A model generated the notes under the pieces. It saw only the letters and a program-made list of their open reading frames with translations, did not search any database and was not told the origin of the DNA. Made by a program: the position numbers and the translations under genes. Shown one piece after another: positions 50,494 to 62,821 of a stretch of DNA of 64,000 nt. Positions within the stretch are counted from its first letter, which is position 1, and each line of letters opens with the position of its first letter. Source of the DNA: an uncultured virus (IMG/VR IMGVR_UViG_3300031851_000010) (taxonomy: Duplodnaviria; Heunggongvirae; Uroviricota; Caudoviricetes); the IMG/VR virus record IMGVR_UViG_3300031851_000010, one strand, 5' to 3'.

Positions 50494-52251
50494 ATGATTA
50501 TATTAGGGTTAAATTTAGGTCATGATGCTTCAGTTTCACTTTTAAAAGATGGTAAAGTTATTTCATCTATATCATGTGAAAGAATTTATAGACTTAAAAA
50601 AACTTCTTACATTGATTGGGTAGCAATAGATTATGTTTTAAGTGATTCTAATATTTCATTTGATGAAGTTGACTATATAAGTGTTGGGGGGTACGATAAA
50701 TGGAACTCAAACGGATTTATAGAAATTTATTTAGATAAAGATGAAGATAGTCCATTTAAAGGTGAACTCCCACCTCTAACCAAACATGGGTATGATATAT
50801 TTAATGATAATTGGTTAGTGACACCAACTACAGATAGGGAGTCATTCCCTTTCATAAATATTAATGTGGTTTTAGAGGGTCACTATGTAAAAAAAGGTTA
50901 CTTAGTAAATCATCAAACTGCACATGCTGCATCATCTTTTTACACATCACCATTTAAAAAATCTGTCATAATGACATTAGACGCTTCGGGTGAATATCCT
51001 GAAAAAAGTGGGTCTTACCATTACGGTAGTAATGATAGATTAGAAATTTTAGGGGCACCTAATACTTTAGTTGGTGTTTTTTATGACAAAATGACTGATT
51101 GGTTATCGATAGGTCCTGGATTAACTAAAGCTGGAACGTTGATGGGATTATCATCATTTGGTAAACCCAATGAAATAGCTATTAATCAATGGAAGGATTT
51201 TATAATTAATAATAACGGTAAATTAAGTTCAGGTGATTTAGAGTTTTATTATATAATGGGTTCTAAATTATCGGGATTACCCCCACATACCTATAGGGGT
51301 TGGATAGAAAAAGATAATGTATTATACAAAGAAAAACCTAAGTTTAGTGGTAATAGAACAATACTAACTAATTCAGAAGTTGATACGGTAAAGGGTATGG
51401 ACTTAGCATCTTCAGTACAATATATTTTTGAAAAAATAGTTCTGATGTTTGTTGATGAATTATACGAATTAACAAAAGGTTATAATGGTGGTAATTTATG
51501 TTTGGCGGGTGGTTCATTTTTAAACTGTAATGTTAATTATAAAATACTTAAAGAAAGTAAATTTAAAAACATTTACATATATCCCGCTTCAGGTGATGAT
51601 GGGTTATCTGTTGGTTCTACACTTTATTCTTATCATCATATTTTAGGTAATGATAATAAAGAGTATAGTAATTCAGAAATTGTTTATACGGGTAAAAAAT
51701 ATACTAATGAAACTATTGGTGAGAAATATGATGTGAAGGTAATCTCTAAAATGATTAGTGAATCTAAAATTATTGCGTGGTTTCAAGGAGGTTCAGAATT
51801 TGGACCAAGAGCGTTAGGTAATCGTTCATTTATAGCTAATCCTGTTGACCCTAATATGAAAGATATCTTAAACGCTAGAATTAAATTTAGAGAATGGTTT
51901 AGACCATTTGCACCATCGGTTACTGAAGAAAACTGTCAGGAGTATTTTGATATTGATGTTCCATCACCTTTTATGTTATATACATGTCCTGTTAAAAAAC
52001 CTGACTTAGTACCATCCATTACTCATGTTGACGGTACTGCTAGAGTTCAAACAGTTAATCAAAAAGATAATCCAACTTATTATGAGTTGATAAGAGAAGT
52101 TGAAAAACATACCAATATTCCTATGGTACTTAACACTTCTTTAAATATAAACGGTCAACCAATAGTTGAAACAATAGAGGACGCTATTGATTTATTTAAT
52201 AATAGTGATGTTGACGCAATAGTTATTAATAATAGAATGATATTAAAATGA
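50494..52251 (+). CDS. Carbamoyltransferase (NodU/CmcH/TobZ family)
   Basis: GHDAS, HQTAHAASSFY, LAGGSFLN, DDG, EFGPRALGNRS, REWFRPFAP, HVDGTARVQ, LNTSLN. Confidence 0.9.
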   Translation: MIILGLNLGHDASVSLLKDGKVISSISCERIYRLKKTSYIDWVAIDYVLSDSNISFDEVDYISVGGYDKWNSNGFIEIYLDKDEDSPFKGELPPLTKHGYDIFNDNWLVTPTTDRESFPFININVVLEGHYVKKGYLVNHQTAHAASSFYTSPFKKSVIMTLDASGEYPEKSGSYHYGSNDRLEILGAPNTLVGVFYDKMTDWLSIGPGLTKAGTLMGLSSFGKPNEIAINQWKDFIINNNGKLSSGDLEFYYIMGSKLSGLPPHTYRGWIEKDNVLYKEKPKFSGNRTILTNSEVDTVKGMDLASSVQYIFEKIVLMFVDELYELTKGYNGGNLCLAGGSFLNCNVNYKILKESKFKNIYIYPASGDDGLSVGSTLYSYHHILGNDNKEYSNSEIVYTGKKYTNETIGEKYDVKVISKMISESKIIAWFQGGSEFGPRALGNRSFIANPVDPNMKDILNARIKFREWFRPFAPSVTEENCQEYFDIDVPSPFMLYTCPVKKPDLVPSITHVDGTARVQTVNQKDNPTYYELIREVEKHTNIPMVLNTSLNINGQPIVETIEDAIDLFNNSDVDAIVINNRMILK

Positions 52252-52532
52252 AAAAAGTTATAGTTTACACCATGAAAGGTTGTCGTCACTGTGATGATAT
52301 GAAAAAAATGTTAAAGGACTCTAAAATTGAGTTTACACCAAGAGATATAGATGTCTTTAAAAATGAATACGACTTATTTGTTCAGGCTACGGATAGTGAG
52401 TTTATTCCTGCGTTTATGTTATTGACTGTTGAAAAAGGTGACAAAACATCTAACATAAAATTACTGGTACCTGATGATGACTTTGAAGATTTAGACGAAG
52501 CTTTGGTTAAGGTGAAACGATATTTAAAATAA
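52248..52532 (+). CDS. Glutaredoxin-like protein
   Basis: VIVYTMKGCRHC. Confidence 0.75.
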   Translation: MKKVIVYTMKGCRHCDDMKKMLKDSKIEFTPRDIDVFKNEYDLFVQATDSEFIPAFMLLTVEKGDKTSNIKLLVPDDDFEDLDEALVKVKRYLK

Positions 52533-53390
52533 TATCATTTCACCTACTTTATCTTTTACTTTCCATATATTAAAATGACTTATGATTTCTTCTGAGAAAT
52601 CATACTCATTCAAATCCCACCTCTTAATTATTTCATCAGGTTTAAATGTAAATAAATCTAAAATTAAAGATTCTAACCACTCATTACTTGTCATTAAACT
52701 GTCTGAGGTAACTTTAAGTGATATATTCTCCCAATTAATTGTGTCAAACTTAGCGTCTGTAAAAAATTCAACGGTTAAGTCACGACATAATCCTCTCTCA
52801 AATATATTATAAACAATGTAGTTAAAGTACGACTCAAAAAGTTTAGATGTTTTTAAGTTTTTACCGTAATGTTGTGATGATTTAAAAGTTTCAACAGAAG
52901 AATTATTTTTTAAAATTTTATAATCCTCAAAATTATTTAACACATCACTTATGATATCTTCATTAAAATCATTTGTAGTAAATACAATGTTTAAATCAGT
53001 ACAAGCGGTAAACCTGTAGTGTTTATTATTTAACGTATCTAAATAGGTTTGTTTTTTTATTGAATCGGATAACTCATCTTTAGTATATGTTTTTTTAAAA
53101 TAAATCGATTCTTCCTCAACAGGTGTGTCATATTCGATAAGGTCAACAACATTTAAATTTATATCACTACTAAAGAGTGTTTTATAATATGATATAAATA
53201 ATTTAGATAAGTTAATTGGTGTTTTATGTGTGGTATTTCCTCTCACCACTATAAAGTTACTGTTGTTTATTACTTGTATGTTTGTTTTATGATTTTTAGT
53301 TTCTTTTTCTATCTCAAGAATTACCTTATTAACTAATAGATTAGTTAAGTCTTCACCTCTTGAATAAGTTTGTACTATGTAGTTCGGCAT
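52524..53390 (-). CDS. Hypothetical protein, possible highly diverged MetK-fold protein
   Basis: IVVRGNTT, YGKNLK...YIVYNIFERGLC and ILDLFTFKPDEIIKRWDL echo MetK segments; catalytic motifs absent. Confidence 0.45.
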   Translation of the reverse strand: MPNYIVQTYSRGEDLTNLLVNKVILEIEKETKNHKTNIQVINNSNFIVVRGNTTHKTPINLSKLFISYYKTLFSSDINLNVVDLIEYDTPVEEESIYFKKTYTKDELSDSIKKQTYLDTLNNKHYRFTACTDLNIVFTTNDFNEDIISDVLNNFEDYKILKNNSSVETFKSSQHYGKNLKTSKLFESYFNYIVYNIFERGLCRDLTVEFFTDAKFDTINWENISLKVTSDSLMTSNEWLESLILDLFTFKPDEIIKRWDLNEYDFSEEIISHFNIWKVKDKVGEMILF

Positions 53391-53492
53391 ATTAAATGAC
53401 TTTTAAATATTTATTAAATGTATTATATAAAAAAAAACTTGAATGATAAATACAAATCGGTATTTAAAATGAATAATAAACTTTTTTGTGAG

Positions 53493-53500
53493 TATTTATA
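53493..53500 (+). promoter_or_regulatory. Putative late promoter motif TATTTATA
   Basis: Upstream of the collagen gene cluster (ATG 53530). Confidence 0.45.
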
Positions 53501-53529
53501 AAATAAGATAAACCCTTTGAATTGCACCA

Positions 53530-56500
53530 ATGGCTAAAAACATTATAATAGTACCACAACCAACAGGTACGACACTTCCTTATATTATTTTTGAGAACAC
53601 TAATGGTGATACTATTTCATTAAATGTTCACAATGACGGTCGTCTAACTTTTTCAGGTGCAACACATGGTGATGCTTTAGTTGTTATTGATGAAGATAGG
53701 TTAAATGTTAAAGGTTCTATTATCTTAGGTAATGACGTAGCATTTAATAGTGTTGGTTCTATTACGGACACTGGTGGTTGGAAAGGTAGTACTCAAGGAC
53801 TAAAAGGTAATCATGGTGTTGACGGTGATAAAGGTTTAAAAGGTGTACAGGGACCTGTAGGGCCAACAGCTAATAGAGGTACAAGTGTTGATGGACCACA
53901 AGGTGATAAAGGTAGAAAAGGGTTAAAAGGTCTCAAAGGTAGATTTGGTACTATAGGTACTAGTTGGGCGTTCCAAAATGATGGTGATAAAGGTTTAAAA
54001 GGACCACAAGGTCCAACATCCACTGAAGTGGGTCCGAAAGGTGAAAAAGGTAATCGTGGAGTTCAGGGTGAAGAGGGTATTAAAGGTGCTATTGGAGATA
54101 AAGCCAGTCAAGGACCTGTAGGTTTACAAGGTTCAAATTCAGATAAAGGTATTGTTGGTGATAAAGGTAATAAGGGTTTAAAAGGACCACAAGGACCTAA
54201 AGGTGTCAAAGGTATTGAAGGTGAAAAAGGTAAAAAAGGTTCTTTAGGACCACAAGGACCAGTTTCACAATCGGGTTCATCTGCGGATAAAGGACTTAAA
54301 GGACTTAAAGGTCTTCAAGGAACAAAAGGTCCGAAAGGTATTCAAGGTACTCAGGGATTACAAGGACCAATAGCAAGTGTTGGTTCACAAGGACCCATAG
54401 GACCTAAAGGTCCAACAGGAGAAAAAGGTATAAAAGGGCTGATAGGTGTTAAAGGTCTTAAGGGTGTGAAAGGTCTTAAGGGTGTGAAGGGACATAAAGG
54501 ACTTATTGCTGTAAGTGGTGATAATGGTCAACAAGGTCCAACGGGGGCTCAAGGACCAATAGGTTATAAAGGGGACAAGGGACTTAAAGGTCTTCAAGGA
54601 ACAAAAGGTCCGAAAGGTATTAAAGGACCACAAGCCAGTACAACTACACAAGGACCACAAGGACCACAAGGATTACAAGGAATCACTTCAACAGATAAGG
54701 GTATTAAGGGTCAAAAAGGGTTAAAAGGTGTAAAGGGTTTAAAAGGTTTAAAACCTAATAGAGGTACTCAAGGAGGTATCGGTACACAAGCATCACAAGG
54801 ACCTACTGGACCAACAGGACCTAAAGGTGATGATAAAGGTCAGAAAGGTCTAAAAGGTATTAAAGGTCTAAAAGGTAATAGAGGACCACAAGGACCTCAA
54901 GGTGCGATTGGTAATCAAGGTAGTATAGCCTCGACAGGTGACAAAGGTATAAAGGGTGTAGTTGGACCAACACCATTCAAAGGACTTAAAGGTCTTAAGG
55001 GTAATAAAGGTTTAAAAGGACCTAAAAATTCACAAGGTCCACAAGGTCCAACAGGTAATCAGGCGTCTATAGGTGATAAAGGTAATCGAGGTGCTACTTC
55101 AACCGATAAGGGTCTTAAGGGACCTAAAGGTTTAAAGGGTATTGAAGGACCTAAAGGACCTATTGGGTTACAAGGTCCACAATCAAGTACAGGAACTGTA
55201 GGGGAACAGGGACCACAGGGTGACCAAGGACCACAAGGTCCAACTTCAACTGATAAAGGTATAAAAGGACAAAAAGGTTTAAAGGGTTTAACTGGTGGAC
55301 GTGGACCACAAGGAAGTGATGGTGTAAGAGGAGGTAAAGGACCGCAAGGGCCAACAGGTAACAGAGGTAATATTGGTGTATCATCCGACAAAGGTAATAG
55401 AGGTCCACAGTCTGAGGAAAAAGGACTTAAGGGTCCTCAAGGCGATAGAGGTTCACAATCTACTGATAAGGGTCAAAAAGGTCCACAAGGAAGTAGAGGG
55501 AGTCAAGCCGCACAAGGACCAACAGGACCGGCAAGTACCGATAGAGGTCCGGTTGGTAATAGAGGACAACAAGGAAAACAATCTACTGATAAAGGTCAAA
55601 AAGGTCCACAGGGACCACAGGGGGACCAAGCCGCTGCAGGACCAACGGGTCCACAAGGTCCAACCAATGACACTAAAGGTCATAAAGGGTTAAAGGGTTT
55701 AAAAGGAGTTAAAGGTAATAGAGGTAGTCAAGGTCCAAGAGGACCACAAGGAGCAACATCAACCGTAAAGGGGTATAAAGGTATAACCAGTACTACTAAA
55801 GGTATTAAAGGACAGAAAGGTTATAAAGGACCTAAAGGGCCAAGAGGTTCTGTTGGTAATAGAGGGGCACAAGGTGCGACATCAATAGTAAAAGGGGCGA
55901 AAGGACCAAATAATTCTGAAAAAGGGCTAAAAGGACTAAAAGGTTTAAAAGGGCCAAAGGGTAATAGAGGTAACCAAGGACCACAAGGTGTTAGAGGAGC
56001 CAATTCAACGGTTAAAGGGTTTAAAGGGATAGATAATACAACTAAAGGTCCAAAAGGTTTAAAAGGAGTTAAAGGTAATCGAGGAAATCAGGGGTCGCAA
56101 GGACCGCAAGGACCAAGAGGTTCAGCTTCAACTACACAAGGACCAAAAGGTCCAACTAATAATACTAAAGGTCAAAAAGGTGCAGTTGGTGATTCAGGAA
56201 TAAAAGGTGATAAAGGTATACGAGGACCGCAAGGACCAAGAGGAAATGATTCAACAGTAAAAGGATTAAAAGGACAGCCAAGTACTGAAAAAGGTTTAAA
56301 GGGACTTAAAGGGCCAAAAGGGCCGAAGGGTAATAGAGGTAATCAAGGACCTCAAGGGTCAAGAGGAAATGATTCAACAGTAAAAGGACCAATAGGACCG
56401 TCAAGTTCAGAAAGGGGTCTACAGGGTGTTAAAGGATTAAAAGGGCGAAAAGGGCCAAAGGGACGTAAAGGTATTAAGGGACCACAAGGTTCTCAATCTA

Positions 56501-57507
56501 CAGATAAAGGTCAAAAAGGTTTTATAGGTACAGATAAAGGTCTTAAAGGTCTACAAGGTAGTAAAGGACCTAAAGGAAATAGAGGACCACAAGGCTCACA
56601 AGGACCAAGAGGTCTACAATCTACAGATAAAGGTATAAAAGGTTATAAAGGACCAAGAGGTTCAAATGGACCAACAGGTCCAGGTGGGTCAAATGGGTCA
56701 GGTGGTCCAACAGGGCCAACAGGTGGTGGAGGTTCAAATGGACCAACGGGACCACAAGGACCAGCAGGTACTGAAAAAGGGTTAAAGGGTCTTAAAGGAC
56801 TAAAAGGCCCTATTGAAAAACAAGGTAGTCAAGGACCAATAGGTCCGCAAGGTAATACTTCAACAGTAAAAGGACCAACAGGGCCAATTGGTAATGACCT
56901 TGGACCAACAGGTCCAACAGGACCACAAGGTCCGGCAAGTACGGATAAAGGTCCGATAGGACCAAAAGGACCAACATCAACAGTAAAGGGGGTAAAAGGA
57001 CTAAGAGGGCCAATTGGTAGTACGGGACCAAGAGGAGGACAAGGAACAAGTGGACCACAGGGACCGACAGGACCACAAGGACCGGCTGGTAGTGGTGGTG
57101 CGACAGGGCCAACTGGTGGACAAGGACCTAAAGGTCCAAAAGGACCAAGAGGTTTACAAGGACCACAGGGACTACAAGGTCCAGCATCAGATAAAAGATT
57201 AAAAAATAATATTAAATCTTTAAAAGGTAATCTAAGTAAGTTAAAATTAATTGACGGTGTAAAGTTTACATGGAAAGGTGGGTCAACTAAATTTGAAAAT
57301 AATTATGGTGAAGATTTTGGATTTATCGCTCAAGATATTGAAAAAGTTATACCTGAAGTTGTATTTAATAGTGAGAGTGGTTATCTAAAACTTGAGTACG
57401 GTAAATTAGTTGCGATTGGTATAGGTTCTATACAAGAACAAAACACACGTATTGAAAATATAACAGATAGAATTAACATATTAAAATCAAAAATTTTAAA
57501 TGGGTAG
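53530..57507 (+). CDS. Collagen-like fibre protein with C-terminal peptidase S74 chaperone
   Basis: Long interrupted Gly-X-Y (GLK, GPQ, GDK); SDKRLKNNI...GFIAQDIE...YGKLV. Confidence 0.9.
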   Translation: MAKNIIIVPQPTGTTLPYIIFENTNGDTISLNVHNDGRLTFSGATHGDALVVIDEDRLNVKGSIILGNDVAFNSVGSITDTGGWKGSTQGLKGNHGVDGDKGLKGVQGPVGPTANRGTSVDGPQGDKGRKGLKGLKGRFGTIGTSWAFQNDGDKGLKGPQGPTSTEVGPKGEKGNRGVQGEEGIKGAIGDKASQGPVGLQGSNSDKGIVGDKGNKGLKGPQGPKGVKGIEGEKGKKGSLGPQGPVSQSGSSADKGLKGLKGLQGTKGPKGIQGTQGLQGPIASVGSQGPIGPKGPTGEKGIKGLIGVKGLKGVKGLKGVKGHKGLIAVSGDNGQQGPTGAQGPIGYKGDKGLKGLQGTKGPKGIKGPQASTTTQGPQGPQGLQGITSTDKGIKGQKGLKGVKGLKGLKPNRGTQGGIGTQASQGPTGPTGPKGDDKGQKGLKGIKGLKGNRGPQGPQGAIGNQGSIASTGDKGIKGVVGPTPFKGLKGLKGNKGLKGPKNSQGPQGPTGNQASIGDKGNRGATSTDKGLKGPKGLKGIEGPKGPIGLQGPQSSTGTVGEQGPQGDQGPQGPTSTDKGIKGQKGLKGLTGGRGPQGSDGVRGGKGPQGPTGNRGNIGVSSDKGNRGPQSEEKGLKGPQGDRGSQSTDKGQKGPQGSRGSQAAQGPTGPASTDRGPVGNRGQQGKQSTDKGQKGPQGPQGDQAAAGPTGPQGPTNDTKGHKGLKGLKGVKGNRGSQGPRGPQGATSTVKGYKGITSTTKGIKGQKGYKGPKGPRGSVGNRGAQGATSIVKGAKGPNNSEKGLKGLKGLKGPKGNRGNQGPQGVRGANSTVKGFKGIDNTTKGPKGLKGVKGNRGNQGSQGPQGPRGSASTTQGPKGPTNNTKGQKGAVGDSGIKGDKGIRGPQGPRGNDSTVKGLKGQPSTEKGLKGLKGPKGPKGNRGNQGPQGSRGNDSTVKGPIGPSSSERGLQGVKGLKGRKGPKGRKGIKGPQGSQSTDKGQKGFIGTDKGLKGLQGSKGPKGNRGPQGSQGPRGLQSTDKGIKGYKGPRGSNGPTGPGGSNGSGGPTGPTGGGGSNGPTGPQGPAGTEKGLKGLKGLKGPIEKQGSQGPIGPQGNTSTVKGPTGPIGNDLGPTGPTGPQGPASTDKGPIGPKGPTSTVKGVKGLRGPIGSTGPRGGQGTSGPQGPTGPQGPAGSGGATGPTGGQGPKGPKGPRGLQGPQGLQGPASDKRLKNNIKSLKGNLSKLKLIDGVKFTWKGGSTKFENNYGEDFGFIAQDIEKVIPEVVFNSESGYLKLEYGKLVAIGIGSIQEQNTRIENITDRINILKSKILNG
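55759..56619 (+). repeat. Seven tandem 41-aa (123-nt) collagen super-repeats
   Basis: Units begin STVK/SIVK/STVK/STTQ/STVK/STVK/STDK; 41 aa each by manual count. Confidence 0.85.
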
Positions 57508-60500
57508 AGACATTAAAATAAATCCAACGGGTGGGACAATCAGTTTTTCAGGTACTAATAGTACTATGATTAATATTGACTATAATAGTGGTGAATTAAA
57601 TTTCAACACCCACTTAGGTAATGATTTTAAAATTACTTCAAACTTAGAGTTAGATAATATAAAGTTTATGCCGTCTGTTTCAGTAAAGAAAGAGAATAGT
57701 AACGAACTAATTGATGACTTAGGTAAGTGGAAGGGTTACCCTATGAATATGATTGGACCGACTGGTACACAAGGTCCAAATGGACCTACAGGTCTTAAGG
57801 GTAGTAGAGCGGTTGATGGAGAAAAAGGTTTAAAAGGTAAAAAAGGTTTAAAAGGTATAACTTCTACTGAACAAGGTCCACAGGGTGACCAAGGTACTAA
57901 GGGGTTAAAAGGTATCAAAGGAGAAAAGGCTAACCAAGGACCTATAGGGCCAACAGGTGTCAAAGGTCAAATAGGTCCTCAGGGTAATACAGGACCAATA
58001 GGTCCGACATCTTTAAAAGGTCCAGTAGGACCACAAGGGTTTAAAGGTTTCAAAGGTAATAAAGGTATAAAGGGATTAATTGGTGACTCACTGAAAGGTC
58101 CTACAGGATTATCGGCGAGTAAAGGTAACCAAGGACCCACAGGTACTAATAAAGGACCAATTGGTCCAAAAGGTGAGGTAGGTGTAAAAGGACCTCAAGG
58201 ACCAATTGGGATTACTGCAAATGTAGATGTTTATGTTTTCTATGACGCGACATCAATGCCAAGTGATAAAGCTAAAGAAGCTTCGCAGAGTGTTAGAGAT
58301 TGGTTCCAAACGGTAAATGGTGATGGTGATATTAATAAACTATACGAGGGGGTAATTGGTAAAAATTCTCATAATGGTGAAAACTGGTTATGGTGGGCAT
58401 CTTACCCATATCTTGGTTCACTATCCGGAGGTACCTTATCTGATAACACACAAATTAATGAATTTAATAGTGCTGTACCTAATGCAACTTATCAATCTGA
58501 TTATTGTAAGTCTAACTCAGGTGGTAATTGTGTACCAAGAAACTCACAATTTAATGATGGTGAAACGATATATAGAAGAATTAACAGAGGTGTTAATTTA
58601 GATACAGGTGCCGCTGAAACAATATCTCAGGGTGTACCTTTTGACCATAGTGATTTAAATAATACGGAAACATCGGGACAAGGTTCATTTGGTGGTGATA
58701 ATACTAACTATTTGGTAATTATTGTTGCTGATGAGTCAGATGGTCTTGTTGGTTTATATCATGGACAGGTAGGTGGGACTAATAGTAATCCAACTAAGAG
58801 TGATTTGTATAATAAACCATTTGAATTAAATGGTAATTATTGGAATAATAATGCGGGTGATGAATATACGAATAGGTATTTACACGATTACTGTTCTTAT
58901 GTTCAAGTATATGAAGATATTATATCCAATAGAGGGGGTAATGCTCAAGGTTTAGTTTATCCAGTTGTAAACCCACTTAGAGGTACTTCAACTTATGCGT
59001 TTGTTCAACATGCAGTAGCAGCAATTGAGGGTAGTACCATCACTAGTAATGAGTTTTTAAACAGATATGGTGATAACATAACTTCAGTTGGTCCTGAAAA
59101 CTTAAATTTAAGTGCATTAACAAGAACAAATGTATATTCAGGTTTAACGTCTGAAACTTGTTATACAAATTTAGAAAGTAGTTTTAAAAATGGTTCAGGA
59201 CTAAAACATTTTGGATTTGATGTTGACCCTACTGTTAGTAATTTTACGGAATCCGTTGTTACAAACGCTTTAACGTCTTTTCTAAGACAACAAGGTGAAA
59301 CTGGTGACGAAGGTAATAAAGGAATCGCTGGTGACGATAAAGGAACTAAAGGATTAAAAGGATTAAAAGGATTAAAAGGTTTAAAAGGGGCTAAAGGACC
59401 TGATACCGATAGTGGAACAAAAGGTGTGGTAGGTGAAAAGGGACCTATCGGTGTTGATGGACCTGTTGGTGATTTAAAAGGTCCAAAAGGTGAAGTTGGA
59501 GTTGTTGGACCAAAAGGTATTAAAGGACCTGATGGTTCCATAGGTGTTTCACCCAAAGGTCAAATAGGTCCTGATGGTGACCAAGGACCTACAGGTGGTA
59601 GAGGTGAAACTTCTACCGATAAAGGTGAAAAAGGTATTAAAGGTAGAAGAGGTAATAAAGGTCTTAAAGGTATTAAAGGTGTCAAAGGTCTAATAGCTAG
59701 CCAAGGAGATACGGGACCAACAGGTCCTCAATCCGATAAAGGTCTGACCGGTAATAAAGGTGATAAAGGTCTCAAAGGTTTAAAAGGTCGAAAAGGATTA
59801 CTTGGTCCACAAGGACCACAAGGAGCAATTGCTGACCAAGGAGCTCAAGGTCCAGTTTCACAAGATGGTGAGGGAGCGGATAAAGGTCTTAAAGGACTTA
59901 AAGGATTAAAAGGGTTAAAAGGTAAAAAGGGTATTGATGGGACAAAAGGACCTCAAGGGCCAACAAGCCAAGGTAATGAGTTAGGACCTACAGGGGAAAA
60001 GGGTCAAAGAGGACCACAGGGAGATAAAGGTAATAAAGGTTATAAAGGATTAAAAGGTAAGAAAGGTGTTAAGGGACCTAAAGGACCTAAAGGTTTAATC
60101 GCGAGTCAAGGTGATGGAGGACCACAAGGACCAACGGGACCAGTGGCGGACCAAGGTAATAAAGGACTTAAAGGATTAAAAGGTAATAAAGGTTTTAAAG
60201 GGTTAAAAGGTTTAATAGGGCCTCAAGGAAATAAAGGACTTAAAGCCAGTCAAGGTGATGCGGGCCCACAAGGTCCTGAAAGTATCAAAGGGCAAAAGGG
60301 TTATAAAGGTATCAAAGGTCAAAAAGGTTATAAAGGACCACAAGGTAATAAAGGACCTAAAGGTTTAAAAGGGTTAAAAGGTGTTACTGGTGATAAAGGT
60401 TTAATAAGTGTATCTGCAGGTGACAAAGGAATTAAAGGTCAAAAAGGTTTTAGAGCCACTGATGGTGATAAAGGTATAAAAGGTCAAAAAGGTTATAAAG

Positions 60501-62821
60501 GTCCAGATGGTAGTAGAGGTACTACTTCAACAGTTAAAGGTCTTAAGGGTCAAAAAGGTCTCAAAGGATTAAGAGCAACTGATGGAGTAAAAGGTAGTAA
60601 AGGATTAATAGGTATTAAGGGACCAAGAGGACCACAGGGTGGAAGAGGAACAACAACAGGTACTGGTGGAGAACAAGGACCACAAGGTCCAACAGGTCCG
60701 GCAGCATTTAAAGGACTAAAAGGAATAAAAGGTTATAAAGGACCTAAAGGACCTAAAGGGCCGAAAGGAACACAAAGTACATCTCAAGGACCTACAGGAC
60801 CTGGAGGAGATAATGGACCAACAGCCTATAAAGGACTTAAAGGTCAAAAAGGTATTAAAGGGGCTTATGGACCAAAAGGTCCAATAGGTTCAGCGACAGG
60901 AGATGGTGGACCTCAAGGTCCAACAGGGGATAATGGACCGACAGCATTCAAAGGGTTAAAAGGGTTAAAAGGACATAAAGGGTATAAAGGACCTAAGGGA
61001 CCACAAGGACCATCAACTGCCGATGGAGGACCACAAGGTCCAACAGGTCCGGCAGCATTTAAAGGTATTAAAGGTAAAAAAGGGACTAAAGGACCTAAAG
61101 GATATAAGGGACCTTTAGGACCACAAGGAGCGACAACAGGTGTTGCTGGTGATAAAGGACCACGAGGTCCTCAAGGACAGACAGGACCGACAGCATTCAA
61201 AGGATTAAAAGGTACAAAAGGTTTAATAGGACCTAAAGGACCGACAGGAAATCAAGGAACACAAAGTGGTCCAACAGGTCCAACAGGTGCAGGTGGACCC
61301 GCAGCATTCAAAGGGTTAAAAGGGTTAAAAGGACATAAAGGGTATAAAGGACCTTTAGGACCACAAGGAACTGGTAGTTCAGTTAAAGGTTATAAAGGAG
61401 AAAGAGGGCCAAATGGACCGACCGCTCAAAATGGTGATACAGGTCCAACAGGACTAAAAGGACCAAAAGGTCCACAAGGACCGACAGGTCCTCAAAGTAC
61501 TTCAAAAGGACCAAAAGGTGCTGTAGGTATTGGAGGTCCAGCCGCTTTCAAAGGACTAAAAGGTATTACAGGTGAGAAAGGTTTAAAGGGTCAGTTAGGA
61601 CCTACAGGGCCAGCAAATAGTGATAAAGGTACTCGTGGTCCACAAGGAACAACTAATACAACTAAAGGACCAAAAGGACCAAAAGGTCCACAAGGTGGTA
61701 GAGGTCCACAAGGTGGTAGAGGACTAATAGGTACCCAAAGCACATCTCAAGGACCGACAGGACCAATAGGACCATTAGGACCAAAAGGTTTAAAAGGACA
61801 TAAAGGAATTAAAGGTTACAAGGGCCCAAGAGGACCTCAAGGGTCGAAAGGGTCACAATCATCTAAAACAGGACCAAGAGGACCACAAGGTCCGAGAGGT
61901 AATGCTTCTACAGATAAGGGTCAAACAGGTATCGCTGGAAATCCCGGACCACAAGGACCAACAGGACCAAAAGGTTATAAAGGTTATAAAGGACCTAAAG
62001 GGTATAAAGGTCGACAAGGTGGTAGTGGTCCACAAGGTCTTCAAGGTCCACAAGGACCAAGAGGCCCACAAGGGTCAGATGGACCAGCAGCGTTATCTGG
62101 ACCAACAGGACCAAAAGGTTTAAAAGGTAATAAAGGTATAAAAGGACCCACAGGTGGTGCGTTTTGTTTCGCTCATGACATTGCGGTAAGAGCAGGTGAA
62201 GATTGTGCGTATTGTAATGGTAGAAGTAGCCCATGTGGAGATAAGGTAAATTTGACTGTATATAAAGGTGATATACAACCATTAGCTCAGGGTGATATCC
62301 TCTATACTGACCCAGATTGTAAAGATTGTAGAGAATTTGAGGGATTACCATGTATGAGAAATCTATCTACAGATTTTATAACTATATGGGACGCGGTCAA
62401 CTTAGGTGGAGTTTTATTTTCATGGGTAATTACACCACCACCTAAATCAGTAGTAAATGCTTGTGAAATATATGCTTGTGCCGATTGTAGGGCTTCTGAT
62501 AGTAGACTTAAACATGGTACTAAAACATTAAGTGACTCTTTGAATAAGTTACTAAAAATTAATGTTACGGAATATGATTGGAATGAAAATTATACAGGAT
62601 ATGACTTCTTAAAGGAAAGACAAAAATTACATTCAATTGGTATGATAGCACAAGAAATAAACTTATTATATCCTGAAGTAGTTTATAGAAGGGATGATGG
62701 TTATTTAGCTATTAAGTATTATAAATTAAATGCATTAATTATTGAAGCGATTAAAAGTCAACAAGTATTTATTGAAGACATAGAGGAACAAATAAACTGG
62801 TTAAGAACACAAATAGATTAA
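57500..62821 (+). CDS. Collagen-like fibre protein with internal vWA-like domain, Cys-rich tip and S74 chaperone
   Basis: Gly-X-Y tracts flanking a 361-aa globular insert; SDSRLK...GMIAQEI...YYKLN. Confidence 0.9.
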   Translation: MGRDIKINPTGGTISFSGTNSTMINIDYNSGELNFNTHLGNDFKITSNLELDNIKFMPSVSVKKENSNELIDDLGKWKGYPMNMIGPTGTQGPNGPTGLKGSRAVDGEKGLKGKKGLKGITSTEQGPQGDQGTKGLKGIKGEKANQGPIGPTGVKGQIGPQGNTGPIGPTSLKGPVGPQGFKGFKGNKGIKGLIGDSLKGPTGLSASKGNQGPTGTNKGPIGPKGEVGVKGPQGPIGITANVDVYVFYDATSMPSDKAKEASQSVRDWFQTVNGDGDINKLYEGVIGKNSHNGENWLWWASYPYLGSLSGGTLSDNTQINEFNSAVPNATYQSDYCKSNSGGNCVPRNSQFNDGETIYRRINRGVNLDTGAAETISQGVPFDHSDLNNTETSGQGSFGGDNTNYLVIIVADESDGLVGLYHGQVGGTNSNPTKSDLYNKPFELNGNYWNNNAGDEYTNRYLHDYCSYVQVYEDIISNRGGNAQGLVYPVVNPLRGTSTYAFVQHAVAAIEGSTITSNEFLNRYGDNITSVGPENLNLSALTRTNVYSGLTSETCYTNLESSFKNGSGLKHFGFDVDPTVSNFTESVVTNALTSFLRQQGETGDEGNKGIAGDDKGTKGLKGLKGLKGLKGAKGPDTDSGTKGVVGEKGPIGVDGPVGDLKGPKGEVGVVGPKGIKGPDGSIGVSPKGQIGPDGDQGPTGGRGETSTDKGEKGIKGRRGNKGLKGIKGVKGLIASQGDTGPTGPQSDKGLTGNKGDKGLKGLKGRKGLLGPQGPQGAIADQGAQGPVSQDGEGADKGLKGLKGLKGLKGKKGIDGTKGPQGPTSQGNELGPTGEKGQRGPQGDKGNKGYKGLKGKKGVKGPKGPKGLIASQGDGGPQGPTGPVADQGNKGLKGLKGNKGFKGLKGLIGPQGNKGLKASQGDAGPQGPESIKGQKGYKGIKGQKGYKGPQGNKGPKGLKGLKGVTGDKGLISVSAGDKGIKGQKGFRATDGDKGIKGQKGYKGPDGSRGTTSTVKGLKGQKGLKGLRATDGVKGSKGLIGIKGPRGPQGGRGTTTGTGGEQGPQGPTGPAAFKGLKGIKGYKGPKGPKGPKGTQSTSQGPTGPGGDNGPTAYKGLKGQKGIKGAYGPKGPIGSATGDGGPQGPTGDNGPTAFKGLKGLKGHKGYKGPKGPQGPSTADGGPQGPTGPAAFKGIKGKKGTKGPKGYKGPLGPQGATTGVAGDKGPRGPQGQTGPTAFKGLKGTKGLIGPKGPTGNQGTQSGPTGPTGAGGPAAFKGLKGLKGHKGYKGPLGPQGTGSSVKGYKGERGPNGPTAQNGDTGPTGLKGPKGPQGPTGPQSTSKGPKGAVGIGGPAAFKGLKGITGEKGLKGQLGPTGPANSDKGTRGPQGTTNTTKGPKGPKGPQGGRGPQGGRGLIGTQSTSQGPTGPIGPLGPKGLKGHKGIKGYKGPRGPQGSKGSQSSKTGPRGPQGPRGNASTDKGQTGIAGNPGPQGPTGPKGYKGYKGPKGYKGRQGGSGPQGLQGPQGPRGPQGSDGPAALSGPTGPKGLKGNKGIKGPTGGAFCFAHDIAVRAGEDCAYCNGRSSPCGDKVNLTVYKGDIQPLAQGDILYTDPDCKDCREFEGLPCMRNLSTDFITIWDAVNLGGVLFSWVITPPPKSVVNACEIYACADCRASDSRLKHGTKTLSDSLNKLLKINVTEYDWNENYTGYDFLKERQKLHSIGMIAQEINLLYPEVVYRRDDGYLAIKYYKLNALIIEAIKSQQVFIEDIEEQINWLRTQID

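Noticed and set aside
50491..50496. Stop-codon reassignment or readthrough (thioredoxin TAG directly followed in frame by the carbamoyltransferase ATG)
   Set aside because: Conserved genes are intact under the standard code, and TAG/TGA end genes at expected positions
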